From positions 117,740,001 to 117,804,000 of the forward strand of contig NC_086108.1 in the NCBI RefSeq assembly GCF_963921235.1: a DNA stretch of 64,000 nucleotides, in the 5' to 3' direction. The position numbers were made by a program, and so were the translations under genes. The DNA comes from Mobula hypostoma. Lineage: Eukaryota. The notes beneath the pieces were generated by a model that searched no databases, had not been told where the DNA came from, and was given only the letters and a program-made list of their open reading frames with translations. Shown piece after piece: positions 1-11,539 of this stretch. Within the stretch, counting starts at the first letter, position 1; each line of letters begins with the position of its first letter.

Positions 1-124
1 GTCGAGTTGCTGGTTTGACGCTCAACCCAGCACGGATGGAAAGCGTGCCAGGGGAGCCGGCTGGGTTCGAACTCAGGAGCCTTCGCTCCGAAGTCCGGCG
101 CTGATGCCACTACGCCACCAGCCG
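1..124 (-). mobile_element. tRNA-derived SINE 5' head (runs off window edge)
   Basis: Minus strand reads CGGCTGGTGGCGTAGTGGCATCAGCG...GAGTTCGAACCCAG: Pol III A box (107-117) and B box (64-74) at tRNA-like spacing, followed by non-tRNA sequence. Confidence 0.75.
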
Positions 125-3100
125 ACCGAATTAAGAAATGGCAAGGGTAGAAGGATCCTAATGGACAGTGTATGCAGATCTCCAAACAGCAGCCACGATA
201 TGGATTACAAATTAGAGCAGGAGATAGAAAAGGCACGTCAGAAGGGCAATGTCATGATAATCGTTGGGGATTTTAACATGAAAGTGGATTGAGAAAACCA
301 GGTCAGTACTGGACCTCAAGAGAGAATTTTTTTAGAATATCTGAGGGATGGCTATTTAGAACAACTTGTTGTTGAGCCCACTAGGGGATCGGCTGTGCTG
401 GATTGGGTGTTGTGCAATGATCTGGAGGTGATAAGAGAGCTTAAGGTTATGGAACCCTTAGAGAAGCGTGATCACAGTATGGTCGAGTTCACTTTGAAAT
501 TTGAGAGTGAGAAACTAAATTCCAATGTGTTGGTATTTCAGTGGATAAAGGAAATTACAATGGCATGAGAGGGGAACTGGCCTAGGGACACTAGCAGAAA
601 GGGCAGCAGAGCAGAAATGGCTGGAATTTCTGCACAAAATGAGGGAAGTGCAAGACAGATATATTCCAAATAAGAAAAAAATTTTGAATGGAAGAAGGAC
701 ATTAGCGTGGCTGACAAGTGAAATCAGAGCCAAAGTAAAAGCAAAAGAGAGGGCATACAAGGAAGCTAAAGCTTGTGGGAAGATAGAGGACAGGGAAGCT
801 TTTGAAAACTTGCAGCAGGAAACAAAGAAGGTCATTCGGAAGGAAAAGCTGAATTATGAAAGGAAGCAGGTACTAAAAGCTTTTTGAAGTATATAAGGGG
901 TAAAAGAGAATTGAGGGTAGATATAGGACCAATAGAAAATGACTCTGGCAATACTGTATTGTAATAAGAGACGCAGAGATGTCAGAGGAACTGAATGCGT
1001 ATTTTGCACCAGTCATCACAGTGGAAGACATCTGAAGATTACTGGACAAGACAGCGGCTATACTTTATTAGGAGTTTGAAGAGATTTGGCATGTCAACAA
1101 ATACACTCAAAAACTTCTATAATTGTACCGTGGAGAGCATTCTGACAGGCTGCATCAGTGTCTGGTATGGAGGGGCCACTGCACAGGACCGAAAGAAGCT
1201 GCAGATGGTTGTAAATCTAGTCAGCTCCATCTTGGGCACTAGCCTACAAAGTACCCAGGACATCTTCAGAGAGCGGTGTCTCAGAAAGGCAGCATCCATT
1301 ATCAAGAACCTCCAGCACCCAGGGCATGCCCTTTTCTCACTGTTACCATCAGGAAGGAGGTACAGAAGCCTGAAGGCACACACTCAGCGATTCAGGAACA
1401 GCTTCTTCCCCTCTGCCATCCGATTCCTAAGTGGACATGGAAGCTTTGGACACTACCTCACTTTTTTTTTAATATACAGTATTTCTGTTTTTGCACAGTT
1501 TAAAAAAATCTATTCAATATACGTAATTGATTTACTTGTTTATTTATTATGTTGTATTTTGTTTATTATTATTTTTTTCTCTCTCTCTGCTAGATTATGT
1601 ATTGCATTGAACTGCTGCTGTTAAGTTAACATATTTCATGTCACATGCCAGTGATAATAGACCTGATTCTGATTCTGATATTCAAGAGTATCAGGGAAGT
1701 GAAGTATCTCCAGTGAAAATTACAACTGTGAAGGTGCTTAGGAAGTCTGAGGATGGATAAATCTCCTGGACCTGATGGAATGCACCCTTGGGTTCTGAAG
1801 GAAGTAGCTGGAGAGATTGCGGAGGCGTTAATAATGATCTTTCAAGAATCGATAGATTCTGGCATTGTACTGGATGACTGGAAAATTTCAAATGTTACTC
1901 CACTATTTAAGAAGGGTGGGAGGCAACAGAAAGGAAACTATAGACCTGTTAGCTTGACATCAGTGGTTGGGAAGTTGTTGGATTGTTAGGGATGAGATTA
2001 CGGAGTACCTGGAGACACATGACAATAGAGGCCATGGTTTCCTGAAAGGAAAATCCTGCCCGACTAACCTACTGCAATTTTTTGAGGAAATTACAAGCAG
2101 GGTAGACAAAGGAGATGTAGTAGATGTGGTATACTTGGAAATTCAGAAGGCCTTTGACAAGGTGCCGCACATGAGGCTGCATAGCAAGCTAAGAGCCCAT
2201 GGAATTACAGGGAAGTTACTAGCGTGGGTGGAGCATTCGCTGATTGGCAGAAAACAGAGAGTGGTAATAAAGGGATCCTATTCTGGCTGACTGCCGGTTA
2301 CCTGTAGAGTTCCACGGAGATCGGTGTTGGGACAGCTGCTTTTTACAATGTACGCCAATGATTTGCACTATAGGATTAATGGATTTGTGGCTAAATTTGC
2401 CGATGATACAAAGATAGGTGGAGGAGCAGGTAGTGTTGAGAAAACAGAAAGCCTGCAGAAAAATGTGAACAGTTTAGGGGAATGGGCAAAGAAGTGGCAA
2501 ATGAAATGCAATGTTAGAAAGTGTTTGGTCATGCACTTTGGTGGAAGAAATAAACAGGCAGATTATTATTTAGATGGGGAGAGAATTCAAAATGCAGAGA
2601 TGCAAAGGGACTTGGGCGTCCTTGTACATGATACCCTAAAGGTTAACCTCCAGGTTGAGTCGGTGGTGAAGAAGGCGAATGCAATATTGGCATTAATTTC
2701 GAGAGGTATGGAATATAAGAGCAGGGATGTGATGTTGAGGCTATAAGGCACTCGTGAGACCACACTTGGAGTACCGTGTGCAGTTTTGGGCTGCTTATTT
2801 TAGAAAGCATATACTGACATTGGGGGTTCAGAGAAGATTCACGAGAATGATTCCAGGAATGAAAGGGTTACCGTGGGAGGAATGTCTGGCAGCCCTTGGG
2901 CTGTATTCCCTGGAGTTCAGGAGAATGAGAGGGGATCTCATAGAAGCATTTCGAATGTTAAAGGGCCTGAACAGATTAGATATGGCAAAGTTATTTCCCA
3001 TGGTAGAGGAGTCTAGGACAAGAGGACACCATTTCAGAATTGAAGGATGTCCATTTAGAACAGAGATGCAGAGAATTTACTTCAGTCAGAGAGTGGTAAA

Positions 3101-3300
3101 TCTTTGGAATTTGTTGCCAAATGTGGCTGTGGAGGCCAAGTCATTGGGTGCATTTAAGGCAGAGATAGATAGATTCCTGATTAGCCTAGGCATCAAAGGG
3201 TATGGGGCGAAGGCAGAGGAGTGGAGATGACTGGAAGAATTGGATCAGCCCATGATGGGCCGAATGGCCCTCTTCTGCTCCTATTTCTTATGGTCTTATC
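125..3300 (+). mobile_element. CR1 LINE, degraded ORF2 (APE endonuclease + RT) with 3' tail; interrupted by a Rex1/Babar insertion
   Basis: Fragments [59 protein letters not shown] tail near 3290; many stops and frameshifts. Confidence 0.9.
1048..1678 (+). mobile_element. Rex1/Babar-type LINE 3' fragment nested in CR1
   Basis: Peptide RQRLYFIRSLKRFG...VESILTGCISVWYG...HPGHALFSLLPSGRRYRS...RFRNSFFPSAIR is the typical Rex1/Babar ORF C-terminus. Ends in a (CTGATT)n tail; CR1 resumes on both sides. Confidence 0.85.
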
Positions 3301-4730
3301 TGAAAATAACTTTTTGCATCCTTTTTTAAATTATTGTCCAGCTTACCTTCATATTTCATCTTTTCTCTCTTTGTTGCTTTTTAGTTAGTTGCCTTCCAAT
3401 GGTTTTTTGAATCTTCCCAATCCTCTTCCTTTACACTAATTTTTGCTATGTTATATGCTTCCTCTTTAGATTTTATGCTGTCTTTGACTTCCCTTGTTAG
3501 CGTCGGTTGTCTCATCCTCCCTTTAGAATACTTCTTTATCTTTGGTATGATTCTTTCCTTTGCCTTATGAATTATCCCCAGAAACACCACCCATTGCTGT
3601 TCTGCCTTCTTCCCTGCCAGTCTTCCCTTCCAATTAACTTTGGCCAGCACCTCTCTCATACCTCTGATTCAAGAGAGTCTGATACATCTGACTTTATCTT
3701 CTTCCTCTCAGACTGCAGGGTGCATTCTATCATAATATGATCACTAGATCCCGAGGCTTCCTTTACCTTAAGCTCCTGAATCAAATCTGGGTCATTACAT
3801 AACAATCAATCCAGAAATGTTGTTCCTTTGTGGGCTCGGGCTCAACCACAAATTACTCTAAAAGGTCATCTCATAGGCATTCTACAAGTTCATTGTCTTG
3901 GGATCCGGAACAACAGGATTTTCCCAATTTACCTGCATAATGAAATCACACTTTATTATCATAACATTGCCCTTTTGATATGCCTTTTCTATCTTCCATT
4001 TTAATTTGTATCCCACATCTGGCTAATCTTCAGAGGCCTGTATATAACCCTATCAGGGTCTTTTTACCTTTGCAGTTGCTTAACTTTACTCAAAAGAATT
4101 CTACATCTTCTGATCCTATGTCACCTCTTTTTAAGGATTCGATTTCATTTTTTTACCAACAGAGCCACCCCACCCCCTGTGCCTACCTGCCTGTCCTTTC
4201 AATACAATGTGTTTCCTTGGATGTTAAGCTCCCAGTTATGATTCTTACAGCCATGACTCAGAGACGCCCACAACATCATACCTGCCAATGTCTCACTGTG
4301 CCACAAAATCATCTATATTGTTCTGTATACTGTGCACATTCAAATTTAACACTTTCAGTTCTGTATTCATCACCCTTTTTGATTTTGGCCCCTTGTTACT
4401 CTTTAACTCATCCCATTGACTGTAATTTTGCCCAATAATCTGCTTGTCCTTCCTGACAAACTCACTGCAAACTACATCTAGTTGTATACCAGCTGCCCTG
4501 CCATTCTGGTTCCCAACCCTCTGCCAAATTAGTTTAAACCATCCCCAACAGCTCTAGCATACCTGCCCACAAGAATATTGATACCCTTTGAGTTCAGGTG
4601 TAACCTGTTGCTTTTATACAGGTCATACCTTCCCCAGAAGAGATTCCAATTATCCAGAAATCCAAAAACTTACCTCTGCACCAACTCTTCAAATATGCAT
4701 TCATTGGGCATATAATCCTATTCTTACCCC
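3301..4730 (-). mobile_element. CR1 fragment (ORF1 end through endonuclease)
   Basis: Reverse-strand similarity to other CR1 copies; ORF1/ORF2 junction GTTTAAAC at about 4532. Confidence 0.75.
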
Positions 4731-4959
4731 TTGTGCGCTGGCGGTGGATGGAGAGAGGGTTTAGAGAGGAATTTGGGATGCCAGGTTAGGTGAATGGGGT
4801 GAAGCATCTCTGAAGTTTTTGGAGCTGTATTCACCCTGGTGTATTGAATCACTCTCCAAACTTCCATCGTGCTTCAGTAAGTGAGGTGATTTCGTAGGTA
4901 ACAGCTTCTGAATTAAATGTCTCTGATAGTCCCCCCATTAAAATTGAGAATACTGAGGA

Positions 4960-6330
4960 ACACAAGAAATTCTGGAAATCTTGAGCAATGCACACAAGAT
5001 ATTAGAGGAGCTCAACCAGTCGGAGAGAATTTATGGAAGGAAATTAACTTCCAATGTTTTTGACTGAGACTGTTCCTCAGTATTAAAACAATAACAAACA
5101 ATTACTTATTGTCTATGTCTAAGACACCAGTCCGGACAGATAACTGTCCCCAACACCATCACTGACCTCATCAACTCTGGAGGTCTCCCATCCACTGCCG
5201 CCAACCTCATTGTTCCCTTACCTCACACTGCTTGCTCCTACCTCCACAGGGGCTGGGCAATTGTTTATGATATACAATAACAAACTGGAAGAGGGGACTG
5301 AGTGTAGTGTATCTCAGTTTGCTGTTGACACTAAATTGAGTGGAAAAGCAAATTGTGCAGATGATATGGAGAGTCTGCAGAGAGATATAGAGACGTTAAG
5401 TGAGTGAATAAGGGTCTGGGAGATGGAGTACAATGTTGGTAAATGCGAGATCAACCACTTTGGAAGGAAAAATAAGAGATCAGATTATTATTTCAATGGT
5501 AAAAGATTATAGCATGCTGCTGCGTAGAGGGCTTGGGAGTGCTTGTGCACGAGTCGCAGAGAACTGGTTTGCAGATGCAGCAGGCTATCAAGAAGGCAAA
5601 TGGAATTTTGGCCTTCATTGCTAGAGGGATTGAACTTAAGAGCAGGGAGGCCATGCTGCAACTGCATGGAATACTGGTGAGGCTGCACCTGGAGTACTGT
5701 GTGCAGTCTGGTCGCCTTACTTGAGGAAGGATATACTGGCTTTGGAGGCAGTGCAGAGGAGGTTCACTAAGCTGATTTCAGAGATGAGGGGCTCGACAAG
5801 CCAGATGGCCTACTCCTGCTCCTAATTCTTATGTCAATTTCATCAACGTGCCTCCAACTTCTACCCCACCCTGAAATTCATTTGGTCCATTTCTGAGACC
5901 TCCCTCCCCTTTCTTGATCTCTCTCCTGCCATCTCTGGAGACAAACAGTTGAGTGATATCTTTTATAAAGCTACTGATTCTCACGACTGTTCCTGTACCC
6001 ACCCTATCCGCTGTAAAAATGCTATTTCCTTTTCTCAGTTCCTTTGTCTCCGTTGCATTTGTTCCCAGGATGAGGCTTTCTTTTCCAGGACATCAGAGAT
6101 GTTCTCCTTCTTCAAAGAATGGGGTTTCCCTTCCTCCGCCATTGACGCTGCCCTCATCTGCATCTTCTCCATTTCCTGAGTATCTGCTGTCATCCCATCT
6201 TCCCTCTGGCTTAATAGTGATAGAGTTTCTCTTGTCCATGAACCTCCACATCCAACACATCATTCCACAACTTCTGCCATCTCCAAAGAGATCCTACCTC
6301 CAAACACATCTTTACCTTCACCCACCCCAC
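4960..6330. mobile_element. Old Penelope-like element fragments (terminus about 4960-5085; + strand RT pieces about 5140-5245 and 5836-6330) interleaved with a CR1 3' fragment (about 5247-5835)
   Basis: IFYKATDSH...CKNAISFSQFLCLRCICSQDEAF matches the PLE RT/thumb region at 31114-31638; degenerate terminal motif with decayed hammerhead. Confidence 0.7.
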
Positions 6331-6469
6331 TTATTGTGGGAGTTTGCTGTGCATATTAGGTACTGTACACCCGCTCTCAGCCTACTTCAGATTCCAGGGT
6401 ATTTGGTTGTTTGTGGGGTGCTGAAAGGCACATAGAACTGTGTTAATTTCTTCATGATTTTTGGATTTT

Positions 6470-6850
6470 CTCTTCTTCTCCCCCTCCCCTCCCCCTACCC
6501 CTCACCCTCACACCCTCACCCCCTCCCCTCTCCCCTCACCCTCACCATCTCACCCTCACCCCTCTCCCCTCACCCTCACCATCTCACCCTCATTCCCTCT
6601 CCCTCTTCCCCTCTCCCCTCTCCCTCTTCCCCTCTCCCTCTCCCCTCTCCCCTGTCCCTCTTTCCTTCCCTCCCTCATTATTTCCTGATCCCTCCTCTAT
6701 ATGTTTCACTCTCAATTACTCTCTCTCTTTGATTTTCCATTCATTGTTCCTGTCCCTTTCCTCTTTCTCCATTTCTAACTCTCCCTCTCTGCCCTCATTT
6801 CTTTTGTCTCTCTGTTTCTGCCCTTGTCTTTCTACTTCACCTCCTCCACT
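6470..6850 (+). repeat. C/T-rich low-complexity polypyrimidine tract upstream of the exon
   Basis: Runs of CCCTCT/CCCTCA; no AG dinucleotide between 6436 and 6854. Confidence 0.9.
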
Positions 6851-6856
6851 TGGAAG

Positions 6857-6956
6857 GTTGCTAATTTACGGCGAGTATTGCAGTAAGGTGGAGGATGCCA
6901 TAAAGTGCTTGGATGAGATCAGTAAATCAAGACAAGATCTGCGGCTGAAACTTGAG
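6857..6956 (+). CDS. VAV3: VAV3-like coding exon (DH domain), (R)LLIYGEYCSKVEDAIKCLDEISKSRQDLRLKLE
   Basis: AAG acceptor after a long pyrimidine tract; GTAATG donor at 6957; 100 bp. The peptide resembles the VAV3 DH segment as I recall it (RLVIYGQYCSGVESAI...DVKLKLE) and joins the next exon in phase 0. Confidence 0.9.
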
Positions 6957-7119
6957 GTAATGATCATGTTTAGTATTTTTGATAACAAAATTTATAAGTT
7001 AAATTCTTTTGTGGAAGATTACTATGACAACATTTTGTGTGCCACAGTCCTGAGGAGACACTGGATTACCTAGAGGAAGAGAGAGTTTAGAAGAAGCAAA
7101 CAGAGGCGGTCGGCACACT

Positions 7120-10100
7120 TGGAGTGCCACAGTTCCCGTGGAAAAATTGGATTGCGCATAATTAGGCATTTGAAAAGGACCCTCAAGTTAAGTTTAAGTG
7201 AAGCAATCATAGTGTAAGCGGGATTCACAAAATGCTGGAGGAACTCTGCAGGCCAGGCGACAACACTTGCAAGGAGTACATCCAACTGCAGCTTCTGAGA
7301 GACCTGTTAAGGAGCTGGAGCAAGGACTGGATGAACTCTGGATCATTCAGCAGGCTGAAGGGTTGATATAGAAGATGTACAGGGAGATAGTTACACCCAA
7401 GGTGCAGGACAAAGATAACTGAGTGACAGTCAGGAGGGTGAAAGGGGATAGGAAGTCAGTGCAGAGTACCACTGAGGCAATTCCCCTCAATAGCAGTTAT
7501 TGAGGCCTCCACTGGTCAGAGATGAGCATGGATATTGCATCCTAGCTGTCTAGGTACACAAGCCTGGGCAGTACGATATGGAGTGCAAGCTCCCCCTCTC
7601 TACGCAACTGATGAACCCAAAGGAATGGCAGATCAGAGACCATACAGTTTGGTTCCAGTTCTGGATTTTTCCCTCAGGGTTTACTCCCAAAGCCTTCTCT
7701 ATGAGTGGGTATAGCCACAAGGCAGCAGAGGTTTGAGATCAGTTTTCCTTTTTCTAGATGAGCTGCTAACCATGTTGGCCAGAAGAAACTACAGCCTATA
7801 GTTAGTGGATTGGATGAAATCAAGGACAGGGATGCAGACAGACCAGTTGTCTTTGTGAATCCACATGCTTTTAATTTGAGACAATAGAAGTTACTTGTCA
7901 GTAGATACAGATTCTCTGTGCCTCATTGATCATTATTACAAGGGATGGTTTTTGTAACACACATCTGCCCAAAGCAACTGGTTTTAAGGCACCAGTAACA
8001 CGCTTTTGCTCCTTCTCCTGTCAGTAGAAACAATTTTGCCAGGCTTAGTAGCTAAGCCACACGTGAAGGCCAGAAATGGACTTGGTTGTTACTCTTTGTG
8101 GCACATGCCTCTGGGATCATTTAATAGGTCATGGGAGCCTCTCCCCGTTACCGCCTCTGGCTATAACAGCTTTAAGGAACCGCTTTAGATATTGTTGGGG
8201 GGATGACTTAGCAGAGGAAAGCCACAGCAGTCATTTCTCTGACACTGAGTCTGGTTCTGTGGCTCAGAAGGGAAGAGGGGAAAAGAGGCAAGCTGTAGTG
8301 ATAGGGGATTCATTGGTTAGGAGAACAGAAAGGAGGATCTGTCTATGAGAACAAGATCCCCAGATGCTTTCTGGCCTCTTGGGTGCCAGGACATCTCAGA
8401 TTGAGTCCACAGATTTCTTCAGTGGCAGGCTGAGCAGCCAGGGGTCGTGGGCTCTGTAGGTGCCAATGACACGGGTAAGAAGAGTGACAAGGTCTGCAAA
8501 GTTCATGGGGTTAGGTGCTCAGTTAAAGGAGAGGACTTCCAAGACTGTGATCTCAGGATTGCTACCTGTGCCATGTGCTAGAGAGGCCAGAAAGAGGAAA
8601 ATCATACGGTTTAACACATTGCTAAGGAGTTGGTGTAGGAGGGAGGGCATCAGATTTTTGAATAATTGGGCTCTCTTTCAGGGAATATTAATGTTCTGAG
8701 CAGCATATATTTCAATGCAAGAAGTATTGTAGGAAAGACAGATGAGCTTAGGGCATGGATCAGCATGTGGAATTATGACATCGTAACCAATAGTGAGACT
8801 TGTTTGCAGGAAGGGTATGACTGAATGCTAAATGTTCCAGGATTCTGTTGTTTCAGTCTTGATAGAGAGACAGGAATTAAAAGAGGAGCATGGCATTACT
8901 AGTCAGGGAAAATTTCACAGCAGTGCTCAGTCAGGACAGACTGGAGAACTCGTCTAGTGAGGCTTTATGGATGGAACTGAAGAATAAGAAAGGTATGACC
9001 GTATAAACGGAGTTATACCCAAAAGCCCGTGGCATTTAGAGGAGCAAAGTTGCAGAGAGATCGCAGACTGTTGCAATAAATATGTTATAGTAGTTATGGG
9101 AGATTTTAACATGCAGGTCAATTGGGAAAATCAGGTTGGTAAAGGATCTCAAGAGAGTGAATTTGTAGAATGTCTAACAGATGACTTTCTAAAACAGTTT
9201 GTCGTTGAGCCTACTAGGTGATCAGCTATACTGGATTGAGTGTTACCAGAGGTAACTAGGGAGTTTAAGGTAAAAGAACCTTTAGGAACCAGTGATCACA
9301 ATATGATTGTGTTCAACCTGAAATTTGATAGGGAGAAAGTAAAGTCTGATGTAGCAGTATTTCAGTGGAGTAAGGGAAATTACAGTGGTATGAGAGAGGA
9401 GTTGGCCAAAGTAAATTGGAAGCAGCAGCTAGCAGGGATGTCAGCAGAGCAGCAATGGTGTGTGTTTCTGGGAAAAATGAGGAAGGTGCAGGACATGTAT
9501 ATTCCAAAAATGAAGAAATTTACTCAAATGGTAAAATAGTACAACCATGGGTGACAAGGGAAGTCAAAGCTATTGTAAAAGCAAAAGGAAGGGCATATAA
9601 CAAAGCAAAAATTAGTGGGAAGACAGAGGATTGGGAAGTTTTTAAAAACCTACAGAGAGCAATTAAAAAATCATTAGAAGGGAAAAGATGAAATATGAAA
9701 GCAAGCTAGCAAATAATATCAAAAAGGATAGTAAAAGTTTGTTCAAGTATATTAAAAATGAAAGAAATGAGAGTGGATATAGGACCGCTAGAAAATGAGG
9801 CAGGAGAAATAATAACGGGGGACAAGGAGATGGCTGATGAACTAAATGAGTATTTTGCGTCATTCTTCACTGTGGAAGACACTAGCAGTATGCCTGATGT
9901 TGTAGTGTGTGAAGGAAGAGAAGTGAGTGCAGTTACTGTTACAAGGGAGAAGGTGCCCAAAAGGCTGAAAGACCTAAAGGTACATAAGCCACCCAGACCA
10001 GAGGAACTGCACCCTAGGGTTCTGAAAGAGGTAGCGTTAAAGATTGTGGTGGCATTAGAAATGATCTTTCAAAAATCATTGGACTCTGGCATTGTGCCAG

Positions 10101-11535
10101 AGGACAGGAAAATTGCAAATGTCACTCCACTCTTTAAGAAAGGAGGAAAGCAGCAGAAAGGAAATTATCAACCATCAGCCTGATCTTAGTGGTTGGGAAG
10201 ATGTGGAGTCAGTTGTTAAGGATGAGGTGTTGGAGTACTTGATGATACAGTACAAGATAGTAGAAAGTCAACATGGTTTCCCTCAGGGAAAATCCAGTCT
10301 GATGAACCTGTTGGAATTCTTTGAAGAGGTTACAAGTAGGATAGATTAAGCAGTTGTAGTGGATGTTGTATATTTGGACTATCAAAAGTCCTTTGACGAG
10401 GTGCCACACATGAATCTGCTTACCAAGTTAAGAGCCCATGGTATTACAGGAAAGTTACTAACATGGTTAGAGTATTGGCTGATTGGTAGGAGGCAGAGAG
10501 TGGGAAATAAAAGGATTCTTTTCTGGTTGGCTACCAGTGACTAGCGGTGTTCCGCAGTGGTCGGTGTTGGGACCACTTCTTTTTATGCTGTATATAAATG
10601 ATTTAGATGATGGGATAGATGGCTTTGTTGGCAAGTTTGCAGATGATACAAAGATTAGTTCAGGTAGTGTTGAGGAAACAGGTAGGATGCAGAAGGACTT
10701 AGACAGATTAGGAGAATAGGCAAGAAAGTGGCAAATGAAATACAATGTTGGAAACTGCATGGTCATTCACTTTGATAGTAAAAATAATTGTGCGGACTAT
10801 TTTCTAAACGGGGAGAAAATCCAGGAATCTGAGATGCAAAGGGACTTGGGAGTCCTTGTGCAGAACACCCTGAAGGTTAACTTGCAGGTTGAGTTGGTGG
10901 TGAGGAAGGCATTCATTAGCATTCATTTCAAGAGGTTTAGAATACAACAGCAAGGAGATGATGCTGAGGCTTTATAAGACACTGGTGGGGCCTCACCTTG
11001 AGTATTGTGAACAGTTTTGGGCCCCTCATCTTAGAAAAGATGTGCTGGCATTGGAGAGGGTCCAGAGGAGGTTTACAAGGATGATTCCAGGAATGAAAGG
11101 GTTATCATTCAAGGAACATTTGATGGCTCTGGGTCTGTACTCGCAGGAATTCAGAAGGATGAGGGGGGATCTCAAATGTTTCGAATGTTGAAAGGCCTAG
11201 ACAGAGTAGATGTGAAAAGGATGTTCCCCGCGGTGGGAGAGTCTAGGCAAGAGGGCACAGCCTCAGGATAGATGGGTGCCCTTTCAAAATAGATACGGAA
11301 AAATTTCTTTAGCCAAAGGGTGGTGAATTTGTGGAATGGAGGCCAGGTCGTTGGGTGTATTTAAGGCAGACATTGATAGTTTCTTGACTGGACATGGCAT
11401 CAAAGGTTATGGGGAGAAGGCTAGAAAATGGGGTTGAAGAGGAAGAAAAAAAAGGATCAGGTATGATTGAATGGTGGAGCAGACTCGATGGGCCAGATGG
11501 CCTAATTCTGCTCTTATGTTTATGGTCTTACGGTC
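7120..11535 (+). mobile_element. Degraded mosaic CR1 (5'UTR, ORF1 esterase remnants, ORF2, tail)
   Basis: VVIGDSLVR (SGNH block I) near 8300; EN/RT fragments 8700-11200; tail near 11515; 5' end similar to 63680-63800. Confidence 0.8.
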
Positions 11536-11539
11536 TAAC

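Noticed and set aside
60..124. Possible tRNA gene
   Set aside because: A and B boxes are present, but I cannot fold a convincing cloverleaf and the sequence continues without a terminator; better explained as a SINE head.
4949..5084. 14-bp inverted repeat AATACTGAGGAACA suggesting DNA-transposon TIRs
   Set aside because: One copy lies within a decayed PLE hammerhead and no TSD is visible; too degenerate to call a MITE.
6454..6732. Pro/Ser/Leu-rich ORFs
   Set aside because: Translation of a low-complexity pyrimidine tract.
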